Part shown: one piece after another, positions 46,831 to 60,700 of the stretch
Numbering within the stretch: position 1 is the first letter of the stretch
Layout: every line of letters begins with the position of its first letter
Origin: Deltaproteobacteria bacterium
GTDB taxonomy: Bacteria; Desulfobacterota; Desulfuromonadia; Geobacterales; Geobacteraceae
Direction: 5' to 3'
Length of the DNA stretch: 64,000 bases
Assembly (NCBI GenBank): GCA_009668975.1
Contig: SBEG01000013.1
Coordinates: 24,602 to 88,601, forward strand
Position numbers and translations under genes: made by a program
The notes under the pieces: generated by a model
The model's database searches: none
What the model was told of the DNA's origin: nothing
What the model saw: only the letters and a program-made list of their open reading frames with translations

Positions 46831-47778
46831 TCAGACGTGATTTCTGAGCATCAACTCCATGGGATGAGGCGATAAGTAGGTCTGTTTGCTCAGGTATTCC
46901 TGATTGAATTTTCTTACATAGTGCTTCAGCAGGGTGATCGGGACAACCAGGGGAACAAGGCCGGCATGATAGCTTTCAAGAACCTCCAACAGTTCCACTT
47001 TTTCATCGGGCAGGAGCTGCTGTTTGAAATAGCCCATGATATGAGAAAGCACATTGCTGTTCTTTTTCACGGTAGCCTGCAGGGTAAGAGCCCGCATCAG
47101 CAATTCCTGGTAGCGGTCCAGGAGAACAGCCCGTTCAAGCGTTTTCCCCTCAGCCACGAGCCTGCCCATTTCCCGGTAGATTTCCGGTGAATGAGCCATG
47201 ATCTGGAGCTTGCGCCGGGAATGGAACTCCACCAGATCGCCCAGCCCCCGGTTCCCGAGCAGGAAGTCCTTCCATTCACGGTAGGCGAAAATCCGCTCAA
47301 TGAAATTTTCGCGGATACCCATGTCGAAGAGACGCCCCTCCTCCTCAACCGGCAGGAGCGGGAAATGGTCAACTACCGCTGCGGCAAAGAGACCCCGCCC
47401 GCTCTTGGCAGGCATCCCGCCCTGGTAGACCTTCACTCGGAACAACCCGGAACTGGGCGAATTCTTCTTGAAAATGAAACCACAGAGGTCTTCTTTCTCC
47501 AGCTCCTGAACCGTGATCCGGCAGTATTCGAGCATCCGCTCCGTGAGGTCAATCCCTGTCCGGTTGGTTACCAGACGTGGAGCCGCCGGATCGCCTTCGA
47601 GCCGCATCGCTTCGCGAGGCACCGGCAACCCGCAACCGACTTCGGGACAGACCGGCACAAACCGAAAAAAACGACCAAGCGTATCAGAAACATAGTGGTC
47701 GTGCTTATGACCACCATCATAGCGGACCTGCTCTCCGAGAAGACAGGAACTGACGCCAACTGCAATGGAATTCGACAT
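46831..47778 (-). CDS. DUF523 plus DUF1722 (YbbK/YbgA-like) protein
   Basis: GVSSCLLGEQVRYDGGHK at the N-terminus. The C-terminal half is YbgA-like (HIMGYFK...). Confidence 0.75.
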   Translation of the reverse strand: MSNSIAVGVSSCLLGEQVRYDGGHKHDHYVSDTLGRFFRFVPVCPEVGCGLPVPREAMRLEGDPAAPRLVTNRTGIDLTERMLEYCRITVQELEKEDLCGFIFKKNSPSSGLFRVKVYQGGMPAKSGRGLFAAAVVDHFPLLPVEEEGRLFDMGIRENFIERIFAYREWKDFLLGNRGLGDLVEFHSRRKLQIMAHSPEIYREMGRLVAEGKTLERAVLLDRYQELLMRALTLQATVKKNSNVLSHIMGYFKQQLLPDEKVELLEVLESYHAGLVPLVVPITLLKHYVRKFNQEYLSKQTYLSPHPMELMLRNHV

Positions 47779-47891
47779 GATAAGCTCCTTGCCATGAATT
47801 TCGAGCTGACCTTCTGGCCCTAAATCTATCTGTAAAGATAATCGAAAATGATTGCAAGGAAAAACAGGTTCGAAAACAGATCAAATAGAAC

Positions 47892-47920
47892 TTGACATTA
47901 GAATATTTTATTAGTATCAA
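47892..47920 (+). promoter_or_regulatory. Candidate sigma70 promoter
   Basis: TTGACA, 17 nt, TATCAA. Confidence 0.35.
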
Positions 47921-47949
47921 CTTATAAAATATTTCACAGGGGGTTGTAC

Positions 47950-48300
47950 ATGAAAAAATCAGTAGCAGGCGTTTTTCTCGGCATGGTGGCACTTCTCCTT
48001 GCAGCAACGGTTTCCTTCGCAGCTCCGGAAGAAGGAATCACCAGCGCGGAAACGACAAAATCGGTAACGAAAAAAGTACGAAAAAAATCCGCAGACCAGA
48101 CCAGCCTGATCGACATCAACAGCGCCTCTCCAGAGCAACTCGCAACACTTCCCGGATTGACGGGCGAAGACGCAAAAAAGATCATCGCTTCCCGCCCGTA
48201 CACCCGGAAGAACCAGTTGAAGCAGAAAAACATCATCACGGCAGCAACCTATGACGGCATCAAAAAGCTGATTGTCGCGAAAAGGCAGAAGAACCTCTAG
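47950..48300 (+). CDS. comEA: ComEA-like helix-hairpin-helix DNA-binding protein
   Basis: Signal/anchor sequence, then IDINSASPEQLATLPGLTGEDAKKIIASRPY. Confidence 0.8.
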   Translation: MKKSVAGVFLGMVALLLAATVSFAAPEEGITSAETTKSVTKKVRKKSADQTSLIDINSASPEQLATLPGLTGEDAKKIIASRPYTRKNQLKQKNIITAATYDGIKKLIVAKRQKNL

Positions 48301-48327
48301 GGGTGCCCTGGGGGCAGTCAACAGAAA

Positions 48328-48376
48328 CGACACAGACCGCTTTGGACCCCATTCGGGGCCGCGGCGGCCTGTGTCG
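48328..48376. terminator. Long imperfect hairpin between the convergent comEA and clpB genes
   Basis: CGACACAGACCGC...GCGGCCTGTGTCG, with 1 mismatch. Confidence 0.5.
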
Positions 48377-48437
48377 TGTGCTGAGCGGATATCACTCTCT
48401 ATTTGCAATGAGATCCGGCGTATTGCTCGGAAAATGA

Positions 48438-51032
<2,595 letters not shown>

Positions 51033-51151
51033 GATTGTTGCTCCCTTCGCGCAGATTCTCTTGCTGGCAGTTGAATTGTCACAAGAAGGTTTCGAGTGAG
51101 CGGTGTCACTGAGGTCGATTCCGCTACAATTTATCAACAGCCTGCAAAGAA

Positions 51152-51181
51152 AGGATAGGCATCGCAACCCGTTGAGTCAAG
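51152..51181 (-). promoter_or_regulatory. Weak sigma32-like promoter candidate for clpB
   Basis: On the minus strand: CTTGAC, 16 nt, CCTATCCT. Confidence 0.2.
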
Positions 51182-51324
51182 CTTACGGGCGGAGCTTTTC
51201 TCAGAATAATCCGAGAAAAGTAGCCAACGAATCGGTTCCAGTCTCTGCCTGGCACAACAAGACAATGGCGAATGAACCACCCGAAGGGCAGCAGATAAGA
51301 CGAAATCACCACTTCTGTGATAAG

Positions 51325-51352
51325 AAAATGGCCTGCACGTGCAGGCCATTTT
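51325..51352. terminator. Perfect 28-nt palindromic terminator
   Basis: AAAATGGCCTGCACGTGCAGGCCATTTT, located downstream of the permease gene. Confidence 0.85.
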
Positions 51353-51396
51353 CGGAGGTGTCACTTTTCAGGAACCGACAGCGTGTCTTGCCCGGT

Positions 51397-52236
51397 TCAG
51401 GAATGATTCCCGCTCGAGGCCACCGGAGTTTGCGAAGAATTGCCCGGCTTGCCGATAAACTTATTCCCCGATTTGAATGCAAGCAGCACGAAAAATGTCA
51501 CGGCAAGGGAAATTACTATCAGCGGTGCGGTAGGAAGATCCAGGCGGTAAGAGAGCAAAATCCCGCCAAGGCTCGCAACGATTCCGATCAGCCAGCCGAA
51601 CAGCAATATCCGGAGCGGCTTCCGGAAATAGAGCCTGCTGATAAGCGCGGGAAGCACCAGAAACGAAAAGACCTGGAGGATTCCGGCCAATTGCACCGAC
51701 TTCACCAGTACCACGGCAAAGCTCAGAAAAAACAGGAATTCCACCAGCAGACCGCCCTTCCCCTCATAGGAAAGCGCGAGGAAGCGTTTCCAGAGGAACA
51801 GGTGCAGTATTCCTACCGCCAGATAGATGACAAATGTTACGAGAAGTTCACGGGGAGTCACCCAGAGAATATTGCCGTTCAGGATAGCCTTGAATTCCTC
51901 CATGCCGTGGGGAGACCGGTCCAGTATCAGGATAGCAGCCGCAACGGAAAAGATATAGATGACCCCAATGAAAGCCTCGACATTGACAAACCCGGCGACC
52001 TTGCGGGACAGGGAGAGAGCGGCGGCGCCGATGACGGCAAAGACCAGGGGAAGCGTGTAACTCCCGTCTTCCCCAAGCAGGAAGGAGACGGCAATGCCGA
52101 TGCCGATGAACTGGGCCAGAGCCAGATCGACAAAGATGATCCCCCGCTCCAGGATGTGGATGCCGAAGTAGGCGTGAATCAGAAGCAGAAGCAGGCAGGC
52201 CAGCATCGGATACAGAAGAAAAGTGAGCGTTTCCAT
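51397..52236 (-). CDS. Metal (Zn/Mn-type) ABC transporter permease, ABC-3 family
   Basis: 279 aa, about 8 TM. HAYFGIHILERGIIFVDLALAQ. Confidence 0.85.
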   Translation of the reverse strand: METLTFLLYPMLACLLLLLIHAYFGIHILERGIIFVDLALAQFIGIGIAVSFLLGEDGSYTLPLVFAVIGAAALSLSRKVAGFVNVEAFIGVIYIFSVAAAILILDRSPHGMEEFKAILNGNILWVTPRELLVTFVIYLAVGILHLFLWKRFLALSYEGKGGLLVEFLFFLSFAVVLVKSVQLAGILQVFSFLVLPALISRLYFRKPLRILLFGWLIGIVASLGGILLSYRLDLPTAPLIVISLAVTFFVLLAFKSGNKFIGKPGNSSQTPVASSGNHS

Positions 52237-52245
52237 TTCTACTCC

Positions 52246-53127
52246 TTAGCGCAACGCAGAAAGGGTCTTATCCATGAAGTCGAACCAGGTATCGGTAGCC
52301 GGCATGGAACCCACGTCGCTGGGAAGGATGATGACCTTGAGCCCGCTCCGCATCCCGAACGCCTCCGACTCCTTCCGGCCGTAGTGCAACGTGGCAAGAA
52401 TACCGTCAGGCGCCTCTCTCTTCACGGTTTCCAGGAGACCTTTCACATAGGCGGCAGAGGGAGGGATGCCCGGTTTCGGCTCGAGGTAACCAACGATCCC
52501 GAAGCCATATTCCACTGCCAGGTACTCAAACAATTTGTGGTAGGAAACAAACTTTTTACCTTTCAGTGGCAGGGAGGCCCAGCTTTTCCGCTTTTCTTTC
52601 ATTTGCTCCACGAATTTCCGGAGGTTTTCCCGGTACCGGCCGGCATTGGCGCCGTCAATCTCCGTGAAGCGCCCGGCCATTCCCTCGGCTACACGCAGGA
52701 CGTTGGCCGGGGAGAAGTAATAGTGGGGATTCCCGAGCGGGTGAACATCCCCCAGACTCCGGTCAACCGCTACGGGACGTTCCGTGACCGTAACAAAGCG
52801 GGAGCAGTCGAAGTTTCCCGGTTTGCCTGGCATGATCTTCGGGTTCCGGGAGGATTCCAGAATCAGGGGCAGGTAGCCGATTTCCAGATCAAGGCCGTTA
52901 TACATGATGATATCCGCGCTGCGGGCAGCCAGAATCATACTCGGTTTTGCCTCCACGTAATGCGGGTCCTGGTGGGATTTGACCAGCACCGTGACTGACA
53001 CACCCCGCCCGCCGATCTCTCGTGCCAGGCTGCCGATCCAGGGAAGTGTGGTAACGACGTTCACAGCGGCAGTGGCAGGAGCAGCCGCGGCCAACAGTAT
53101 CAAGAAAATGAACAGGATTCTTTTCAT
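52246..53127 (-). CDS. Metal ABC transporter substrate-binding protein (ZnuA/TroA family)
   Basis: Signal peptide. VVTTLPWIGSLAREIGG...DPHY...HPLGNPHYY. Confidence 0.85.
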   Translation of the reverse strand: MKRILFIFLILLAAAAPATAAVNVVTTLPWIGSLAREIGGRGVSVTVLVKSHQDPHYVEAKPSMILAARSADIIMYNGLDLEIGYLPLILESSRNPKIMPGKPGNFDCSRFVTVTERPVAVDRSLGDVHPLGNPHYYFSPANVLRVAEGMAGRFTEIDGANAGRYRENLRKFVEQMKEKRKSWASLPLKGKKFVSYHKLFEYLAVEYGFGIVGYLEPKPGIPPSAAYVKGLLETVKREAPDGILATLHYGRKESEAFGMRSGLKVIILPSDVGSMPATDTWFDFMDKTLSALR

Positions 53128-53136
53128 GTTTTCCTC

Positions 53137-54495
53137 CTAAAATGAATGGCCCGCATGGGCGCCGATGCCGAAGATGAACTGCAACCACCATTCATTGTTG
53201 TCACGGCCGTCCCGGGCCGAGCGGTCATGGGTGTACTGGAGCCGGATACGGGAAAAATCCGAGGGGTTGAATTCCAGGCTGGCCGTTGCCCGCCACGGTG
53301 TGGCTCCAAGCTCCTGCTGGAACCCTGCCGTTTTGAAGCTATCGGAAAAGAGCGCAAGCATGTCGTAGCGGGCGCCGAATCGCCAGCGGTTCCACTGGTA
53401 GACACCCTGAAAGTAAAAACCATCCTGCCTGCGGCGCAGCGAATCGACCGTTGCGGCTACGTCGTCGGTCAGGTCGCCGTTCTGGAATAGGTAGAGATAT
53501 TCACCCTGCAGGGTGAGGCTCCGGGTGACGGAGGGCTGCCACTTCCAGACCGCCTCAATCCCCAGGAGGGTGCTGTGACCGTTGAACTCGGCATCCGGAA
53601 CGATCGCGCTGTTTTTCGTCTTGCCGAACAGGAGATAGGGACCGAAATAGAGGGTAGAATTCTCGCTGGTCTCGAAGGAATTCTTTTCATACAAGGTGAA
53701 GGCATGCAGGCCGGTCCTCGCGTCCGCTCCGAACAGGAGGTCATTGTCCCCCTGCAGCGCCTCGGCGCCAAATAAAGCATAGAACGGCAGCGGCGGGAGG
53801 TAGGTGAGCTGTACCCCCTTCTCTCCCCCCAGTCCCTCGTCGCCGAAAAAGGCCCGGTACGGGAGGGCGATGTCGGCAAAATCCCAGACATGGGGATGCT
53901 GGGCGTCAAGCCTGCTGAAGTTGCTCTTGAACTTGCCTCCTTTCAATTGAAGCCCAGCCGGTAGTGCGGTAGTGACGGCATAGGCCTCCTCCAGCTCCAT
54001 CCCGTCCTCGCTGATCGGCAGACTGGCGTAAAGGTTGAAGTAGGGGTCAACCGGAGCAAACAGGAAAAGCTCCGCGGCCCGGAGATTGGCGCCGATGCGC
54101 TGTTCCAGGCCATTGGCGCTGTAGCCGGGAATGCCGCGGTTTTCCAGCTCGCTATTGTTCCGGTCAGAGAGATAACCGAAGGAATCGAGGACCAGTGAAA
54201 TATTTGGATTGGTAAGGACACTGCCGCCAAATAAACCGCTGACCCTGGAAGCCAGGGTCGGTCCCTGCGGTACCGGCTGCTGCTCCTCGACAGCGGCAAC
54301 GGCCTCAGGCTTCCGTTGTTGCAGTTCCTCTTTCAGCGTGGTGATAGTCTGCTGCTGCTCCCGGATAATTTCCGCCTGAAGTTTCAGTGCCTCTTCGAGG
54401 TTTTTGAGACGCTGCTCAAAGTCCTGTCCGAAAGCCGGAATGGTGAACAGCAGCAAGGTCAGCAATGTTGCGGGACACAGTAGAATTGTTTTCAT
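53137..54495 (-). CDS. Outer-membrane beta-barrel (porin-like) protein with an N-terminal coiled coil
   Basis: Signal peptide, QRLKNLEEALKLQAEIIREQQQTITTLKEELQ, alternating strands, and a C-terminal ...GHSF. Confidence 0.65.
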   Translation of the reverse strand: MKTILLCPATLLTLLLFTIPAFGQDFEQRLKNLEEALKLQAEIIREQQQTITTLKEELQQRKPEAVAAVEEQQPVPQGPTLASRVSGLFGGSVLTNPNISLVLDSFGYLSDRNNSELENRGIPGYSANGLEQRIGANLRAAELFLFAPVDPYFNLYASLPISEDGMELEEAYAVTTALPAGLQLKGGKFKSNFSRLDAQHPHVWDFADIALPYRAFFGDEGLGGEKGVQLTYLPPLPFYALFGAEALQGDNDLLFGADARTGLHAFTLYEKNSFETSENSTLYFGPYLLFGKTKNSAIVPDAEFNGHSTLLGIEAVWKWQPSVTRSLTLQGEYLYLFQNGDLTDDVAATVDSLRRRQDGFYFQGVYQWNRWRFGARYDMLALFSDSFKTAGFQQELGATPWRATASLEFNPSDFSRIRLQYTHDRSARDGRDNNEWWLQFIFGIGAHAGHSF

Positions 54496-54692
54496 GACTC
54501 CTCCAAGATACACGGCTCCCGTCCGGCATTCGCGAACAGGCAGCCGGAAGCAAATGATTTCGATAAGTCAGTTTCGAATATCACTTCGTAGAAACACTCC
54601 AGCCATGGTCTCCTGACATCAGTACAGGAGAAGGGATCAGCACCATGACATTCCGGATTGTTCAAAGGATAATGGGGATACTTACTTCGATA

Positions 54693-54989
54693 TCAGGCAG
54701 GGGTCCGGACGGGAGGCGCCCGGTTATTGGCGAGTTCAAGAAAAATGGGAAGGGCTGGCCAGCTGACTACCGAAGCGGCAGGTTCATGAACTGCATGGCC
54801 AGTATAGTGAACGGTTTGGCCCGCTCCAGAAGGGAACGTTGTTGTGGAGTGGTTTGAGACATAACAGATATGGCACTGTTCTGGAGCCGGATGATCTGAA
54901 GTGTGATGATGAAATGAAAATGCGGTGTTGGATACCAGAAATACCGCCAGTATCGTAAAAACAAGCAACACCTTTTTTTGCTGGATCAT
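54693..54989 (-). CDS. Small His-rich exported protein with a C-x-x-C-like motif (possibly DUF2946-like)
   Basis: MIQQKKVLLVFTILAVFLVSNTAFSFHHHTSDHPAPEQCHIC. It is the first gene of the metal cluster. Start uncertain. Confidence 0.45.
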   Translation of the reverse strand: MIQQKKVLLVFTILAVFLVSNTAFSFHHHTSDHPAPEQCHICYVSNHSTTTFPSGAGQTVHYTGHAVHEPAASVVSWPALPIFLELANNRAPPVRTPA

Positions 54990-55088
54990 GACCGACATGC
55001 AGGCAAGGTTACCAGAGTTAAAAAATAACACAAGGCCAGCTGTAACCGGACATTTGCCTCAGCCATAGAGAATTGTTCTGAAGAAATC

Positions 55089-55126
55089 AAACGAAAGCGG
55101 CCTGCAACGGCAGACCGCTTTCGTTT
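55089..55126 (-). terminator. Hairpin terminator downstream of purE
   Basis: AAACGAAAGCGG-14 nt-CCGCTTTCGTTT. Confidence 0.65.
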
Positions 55127-55276
55127 ACCCGATACCGCAGCAACAATTCCAGCGGTTTTCGAAATACGCTTCTAGAAAATTCCGTTTCCCTACGGGCAAA
55201 AACTACCGCACCCGAACAGCTTTCAGTTACGCCCTGCTCCGTCGGACAGCCTGCATTTCGTCCGTTGATTAGGCCA

Positions 55277-55783
55277 TTACGCGTCGTAACAATGAAGTTG
55301 TAACTGAGCGTCCTTTTCCTCGACTTCACGCTCCATCTCTTCCCTGAAACGCACAAGTTTGCCGGCAAGTGTTACATCGGACAAGGCCAGCATTTGAGCA
55401 GCCAGTATCCCCGCATTCTTTGCCCCGCTTTTGCCGATAGCCATGGTCGCAACCGGAATCCCTCCCGGCATCTGGACGATTGAGTACAAAGCATCAACTC
55501 CGTTCAGTGCCCCTCCGCCCATGGGTACGCCGATCACCGGAAGAATGGTTCCGGCGGCAACAACACCCGGCAGATGGGCCGCAACCCCTGCCGCGGCAAT
55601 TATAATTTTTATGCCCCGGTCAGCCGCTCCGGCCACGAGAGCTTCAGTTTTGGCTGGAGAACGGTGCGCCGAGGAAATGTGCATTTCATACGGTATGTCA
55701 AATGTAGTCAACATCTTTGTTGTCTCTTGCAGAACCGGATAATCGGAATCGCTCCCCATAATGATAAGAACCTCAGGATTCAT
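55277..55783 (-). CDS. purE: N5-carboxyaminoimidazole ribonucleotide mutase
   Basis: IIMGSDSDYPV...SAHR.P. Confidence 0.95.
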   Translation of the reverse strand: MNPEVLIIMGSDSDYPVLQETTKMLTTFDIPYEMHISSAHRSPAKTEALVAGAADRGIKIIIAAAGVAAHLPGVVAAGTILPVIGVPMGGGALNGVDALYSIVQMPGGIPVATMAIGKSGAKNAGILAAQMLALSDVTLAGKLVRFREEMEREVEEKDAQLQLHCYDA

Positions 55784-55832
55784 CAGTTATCTCCTCTCTT
55801 CTTGATACTCCTAATAATATAGACAGAGCCCC

Positions 55833-56819
55833 TCAGAACGCGGCACGGGTTAATCGGTCAGTAACAGCCAGCCAATCACAGCTGTTCGGAGGCGCAACAG
55901 CCACAATGTGATCAAACCCACCGTTATCTAGTTTTCTCATGACAGAATACATTTCACATGCATAGTCGGATGGTGATAGCGGCATTGGTCGAAGGGTTAC
56001 CCCTTGCGGCCAGCTGGTCCCCTGAGCAGTCAATGCCATAACGGCAACACTTTCTCCTCGCTCCAGCAGTGATTTCAGCCTCTCCGGTAACGCCGCTGCA
56101 TCAACGACCGCAAAGGGCGTCCGGGGAGCATAGTGAGATGCCAGCATTCCGGGAGCCCGTAAATCAACCTTCTTGTCAGGCAGGGCAATCTTCTTCCCAT
56201 CGAGAGCAGCTTCCAGCTCCTTGACTGTTAAGGACCCGGGCCTGAGCAACATCGGTCCCGGACCGGAAAGATTGACAATCGCCGATTCGAGCCCGATCAG
56301 GCAAGGACCGGCATCGACGATCATCTCCAATTCATCACCCAAATCCTCAAGCACGTGCTGCGCGCTGGTCGGACTGATCCGTCCGAAGCGGTTGGCCGAT
56401 GGCGCGGCGATCCCACCGCCGAACTTCCGCAGAAGTTCGAGGGCCAAAGGATGAGCCGGAATACGCACTCCTACGGTATCTTGTCCACCGGTAACCTCGT
56501 CCGGAACCCTTTTGTTGCGCTTGAGAATTATGGTCAGGGGACCGGGCCAAAAACGCTCTGCCAACTGATGCGCTTCGTCCGGTATTTCCGAAGCCCAATC
56601 CCCCAACTGATCCGGATGTGAGAGGTGAACAATCAGCGGATGATCGGCAGGCCGCCCCTTGATCTCGAATATCCGGCGTACCGCCTCCGGATTCGAAGCA
56701 TCCGCTCCGAGTCCGTAGACGGTTTCGGTCGGGAAGGCAACCACCTTTCCGGCCGAGAGAAGATTTGCAGCTTCTCTGATTTCATAGACAATCTTGCACC
56801 GCTTCCCGACAGTCATCAC
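55833..56819 (-). CDS. tsaC: L-threonylcarbamoyladenylate synthase (Sua5/YwlC type, two domains)
   Basis: [23 protein letters not shown], and a C-terminal Sua5 domain. It overlaps purC by 4 nt. Confidence 0.9.
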   Translation of the reverse strand: MMTVGKRCKIVYEIREAANLLSAGKVVAFPTETVYGLGADASNPEAVRRIFEIKGRPADHPLIVHLSHPDQLGDWASEIPDEAHQLAERFWPGPLTIILKRNKRVPDEVTGGQDTVGVRIPAHPLALELLRKFGGGIAAPSANRFGRISPTSAQHVLEDLGDELEMIVDAGPCLIGLESAIVNLSGPGPMLLRPGSLTVKELEAALDGKKIALPDKKVDLRAPGMLASHYAPRTPFAVVDAAALPERLKSLLERGESVAVMALTAQGTSWPQGVTLRPMPLSPSDYACEMYSVMRKLDNGGFDHIVAVAPPNSCDWLAVTDRLTRAAF

Positions 56820-57694
56820 ATCAACCGCTCCAAAGCTTCCAGATAGTTACGGGCCGTTGCTTTGACAACCTGATCCGGAAGCGGCGGAGCAGGCGCCTTC
56901 TTGTCCCAGTCGAGCGTTTCCAGGTAATCGCGCAGAAACTGCTTGTCGAAGCTGGGTTGGGAAGAGCCGGGGCAATAGCCGGCTTTCGGCCAGAAGCGGC
57001 TCGAATCAGGGGTAAGACATTCGTCGATAAGAATCAGCTTCCCATCGACCAGACCGAATTCAAATTTTGTATCGGCAATGATGATGCCGCGCGTGTTGGC
57101 AATTTCCCGGGCGGTAGTGTAAAGATCCAGGCTCACCTGACGGACTTTTTCCGCCAGTTCCTTTCCGCAAAGCTCGACCATTTTGTCGAAAGAGATGTTT
57201 TCGTCGTGCCCGCCAAGTTCCGCCTTGGTCGACGGGGTAAAAATGGACTCCTGCAAGCGGTCAGACTCCGTCAGTCCGGGCGGGAGAGGAATGCCGCAGA
57301 CACTGCCCGTCTCCCGGTATTCCTTCCAGCCGGAGCCGGCCAGGTAGCCTCTGACGATACATTCGACCGGAAGGGGCCGGGCCTTTTTGACCAGCATCGA
57401 GCGGCCGTCGAGAACTTCCCGGTATTTATCGCATGGTGCGGGAAATTCAGCCGGATTGGTGGTAATGAGATGGTGGGGTACGATGTTTTCCAGCAACTGG
57501 AACCAGTGGGCGGATATCCGGGTAAGCACCTCCCCCTTGCCCGGGATGCCTTCGTTCATGATTACATCGAAGGCTGATATCCGGTCGCTGGTGACGATCA
57601 GCAGCGACTCTCCCAGATCGTATATATCACGTACCTTGCCACGTCCGGAAAGCTTCAGCTCCGGTAAATCAGTCGTAAGAATAATGTCCTTCAT
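56816..57694 (-). CDS. purC: SAICAR synthetase
   Basis: GKVRDIYD...[13 protein letters not shown]. Start at ATG 57694 after GGGAG. Confidence 0.95.
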   Translation of the reverse strand: MKDIILTTDLPELKLSGRGKVRDIYDLGESLLIVTSDRISAFDVIMNEGIPGKGEVLTRISAHWFQLLENIVPHHLITTNPAEFPAPCDKYREVLDGRSMLVKKARPLPVECIVRGYLAGSGWKEYRETGSVCGIPLPPGLTESDRLQESIFTPSTKAELGGHDENISFDKMVELCGKELAEKVRQVSLDLYTTAREIANTRGIIIADTKFEFGLVDGKLILIDECLTPDSSRFWPKAGYCPGSSQPSFDKQFLRDYLETLDWDKKAPAPPLPDQVVKATARNYLEALERLM

Positions 57695-57783
57695 TGAATC
57701 TCCCTTAATCATCAGCGGTCCGCCGTGATAATTAAAAATGTCTACTCGCCGGCGCCCCGCCGGACGACGGGGCGCCGTGTTGT

Positions 57784-60700
57784 CTATTCGGCAAGTTTTC
57801 GATACATGGCCGCTCTTTTCCCGGTCCAGGCATTAGCCCGGACAATCAGCTCTTCTGCCGCCTGCGGGTCAATCTGCCGCAGGACCTTGAAACGGTTTTG
57901 CGTTGCGGCAAAATCCTCGAACGAGATGGTCGGCGGCTTGCTGTCCAGTTGCAGCGGATTTTTGCCTTCCGCCGCCAAAGCCGGATTATAGCGGAACAAC
58001 GGCCAATGGCCGCAGGCGACCGCCTTTTTCTGTGAGTCGATGCCTTGTGCCATGTCGATGCCATGGGCAATGCAGTGGGCATAGGCAATGATGAGTGAGG
58101 GGCCGTCATAGGCCTCGGCTTCGAGGAAGGCCCTGATTGCCTGGGCCGGGTTCGACAGGGAAATCCCCGCCACATAGGCGGTCCCGTAGGACATGACCAT
58201 CAGCCCGAGATCCTTCTTCGGCGTTGCCTTGCCGCCTGCGGCGAACTGCGCCACGGCCCCCAGCGGAGTCGACTTGGAAGCCTGCCCGCCGGTGTTGGAA
58301 TAGACCTCGGTATCAAGCACCAGCAGATTGATGTTTTTATCGGAGGCAACGACATGATCCAGTCCACCGTAGCCGATGTCATAGGCCCAGCCGTCGCCGC
58401 CGATGGACCAGACCGATTTCCGGACCAGGTAATCCGCGACCGTAAGCAGCTGTTGGGCCGCCGGATCGGTACAGCTTGTCAGCTTCTCCTTGAGCGTGGC
58501 CACGCGGGTTCGCTGCAGCTCGATAGCCTGCTGGGTTGACTGGTCAGCATCCCGGATTTCCCCCATGAGTTCCCGTGCAGAGCCGCAGACGCTGCAGCCG
58601 CAGTTCATCAGGCCGTCAAGGAGCTCCCGGGCTGATTCGGACAACTTGTCCACCGCCAGCCGCATACCGAACCCGAATTCCGCGGTATCCTCAAACAGGG
58701 AATTCGACCAGGCTGGACCACGGCCATCCGCACGGGTCGCCCAGGGAGTTGTCGGCATGTTGCCGCCGACAATGGAGGTGCAGCCGGTCGAGTTGGCAAT
58801 CAGCGCCCGATCGCCGAAAAGTTGCGACAGGAGCTTCAAGTACGGTGTCTCACCGCAGCCGGCGCAGGCACCGGAAAACTCGAACAACGGGGCGATCAAC
58901 TGACTGCCCTTGAGAGTTTCCCTTTTCACCAGAGCCGGGTCGGTCTCCGGAAGCGAAAGAAAGAACTCCCAATGCGCAACCTCCCGTTCCCGGACCGGAA
59001 CCTTGGGCTGCATGGTGATCGCCCGCTGATCAGGGTCGCTCTTGCTGCGCCCCGGGCAATTGACAACGCACAGCGCACAACCGATGCAATCCTCGGGAGC
59101 AACCTGCACGGAACAGTTCAAGCCGGCAAACTCCCCCCCTCGGGCTTCGATCGATCTGAACTCAGCAGGCGCGGAAGCAAATGCCGCCGGGTCGCAGATT
59201 TTCATGCGGATGGCTGCGTGAGGGCAGACAAAGGAGCAGAGTCCGCACTGCAGACACAAGGTTTCATCCCAAAGGGGGATTTCAAAAGCGATATTCCGCT
59301 TTTCATAGCGTGACGTTGCCGTGGGGAAAGTACCGTCACTCGGTATTTTCGAGATCGGCAATTGATCCCCGTTGCCGGCAATAATGGTGGCGAGCACATC
59401 CTGGACAAAAGCCGGAGCACCAGCTGAAACCAGCGGCGGGCGCGTACAGGCACTGGTAGGACTGAGCGGCACGGCAACTTCCGCGATATTTTCCAAAGCG
59501 GCATCAACCGCCTTGCAGTTCATGTCGACCACCTTCTGGCCGGCTTTCGCATAGGACTTTTTCACGGCATCCTTGATTGCCGGAAGAGCCGAGTTCATTG
59601 GAATGACGGAAGAAATCTTGAAGAATGCCGTCTGCATAATCACATTGATACGGCCGCCAAGCCCCAGTTCCTCGGCAATCTTCGCGGCGTTAATGACATG
59701 GAACCGCAGCTTTTTCTCGATGATCTGCTGCTGCACCTCCAGCGGCAGTTTGTCCCAGACTTCCTCCTTACCGAACGGCGAGCAGAGGAGAAAGGTGGCG
59801 CCTTCCTTGGCTCGCGCAAGCATGTCGCTCTTTTCGAGAAAAGTGAAATTATGACAGGCGATAAAGTCAGCCTTCTCCACCAGGTAAGGAGAGCGAATCA
59901 CCCTGTTCCCGAAACGGAGATGCGAGGTGGTAATGGTACCGGCCTTCTTCGAATCGTAAACGAAATACGCCTGGACATTATTGGCGGTCTTCTCGCCGAT
60001 GATGGCGATGGAATTTTTGTTGGCGCCAACCGTTCCGTCGGAGGCTAGCCCATAAAACAATGCCGAGTATACGTCGCCCGTTTCATTGCTGTAACGGGCG
60101 TCAAAGTCGAGACTCGTTCCGCAGACATCATCATGAATGCCGATTACGAAATGATTTTTCGGCAGATCATCCTTCAGATTGTCGAACACTGCCTTGACCA
60201 TCGCCGGGGTAAACTCCTTGGACCCGAGTCCATAACGGCCACCGACAATTACCGGAGTCGCCGTTGCTGAGGTCTTCTGTACCGCAAACGCCTCAGCAAC
60301 GGCGCAGCGTACATCGAGGTAGAGCGGCTCGCCGAGCGAGCCCGGTTCCTTGGTCCGGTCGAGGACGGCAATTTTCTTCACGCTCGACGGCAAAGCCGCC
60401 ATGAAAGCAGCTGCGGGAAAAGGCCGGTAAAGGCGGATCTTGACCACACCGACTTTCTCGCCCTGGCCGGTCAACGTCTCCACGGTTTCGTGGACGGTGT
60501 CTGCTCCGGACCCCATCAGCACGATGACCCGTTCTGCGTCGAGGGCTCCGACATAATCAACCAGACCGTAACTGCGTCCGGTGAGCTCGGCAAACTTGGC
60601 CATCTCCTGCTGGACGATTGCCGGTGTTTCGAGATAGTAGCGGTGTACCGTTTCCCGGCCCTGAAAATAAATATCGGGGTTCTGGGAGGTCCCGCGGATC

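Noticed and set aside
51103-52998. A 631-aa plus-strand ORF
   Set aside because: It runs antisense across the znuB-like and znuA-like genes and through a perfect terminator palindrome. Its composition is biased toward Arg, His, Gln and Gly. It is not credible as a gene.
55127-55276. A 150-nt untranslated stretch downstream of purE considered as a riboswitch or sRNA
   Set aside because: It lies 3' of the operon, between the stop codon and the terminator hairpin. I could not recognise any known riboswitch core (purine, ZTP or PRPP) by eye. This remains untested rather than supported.
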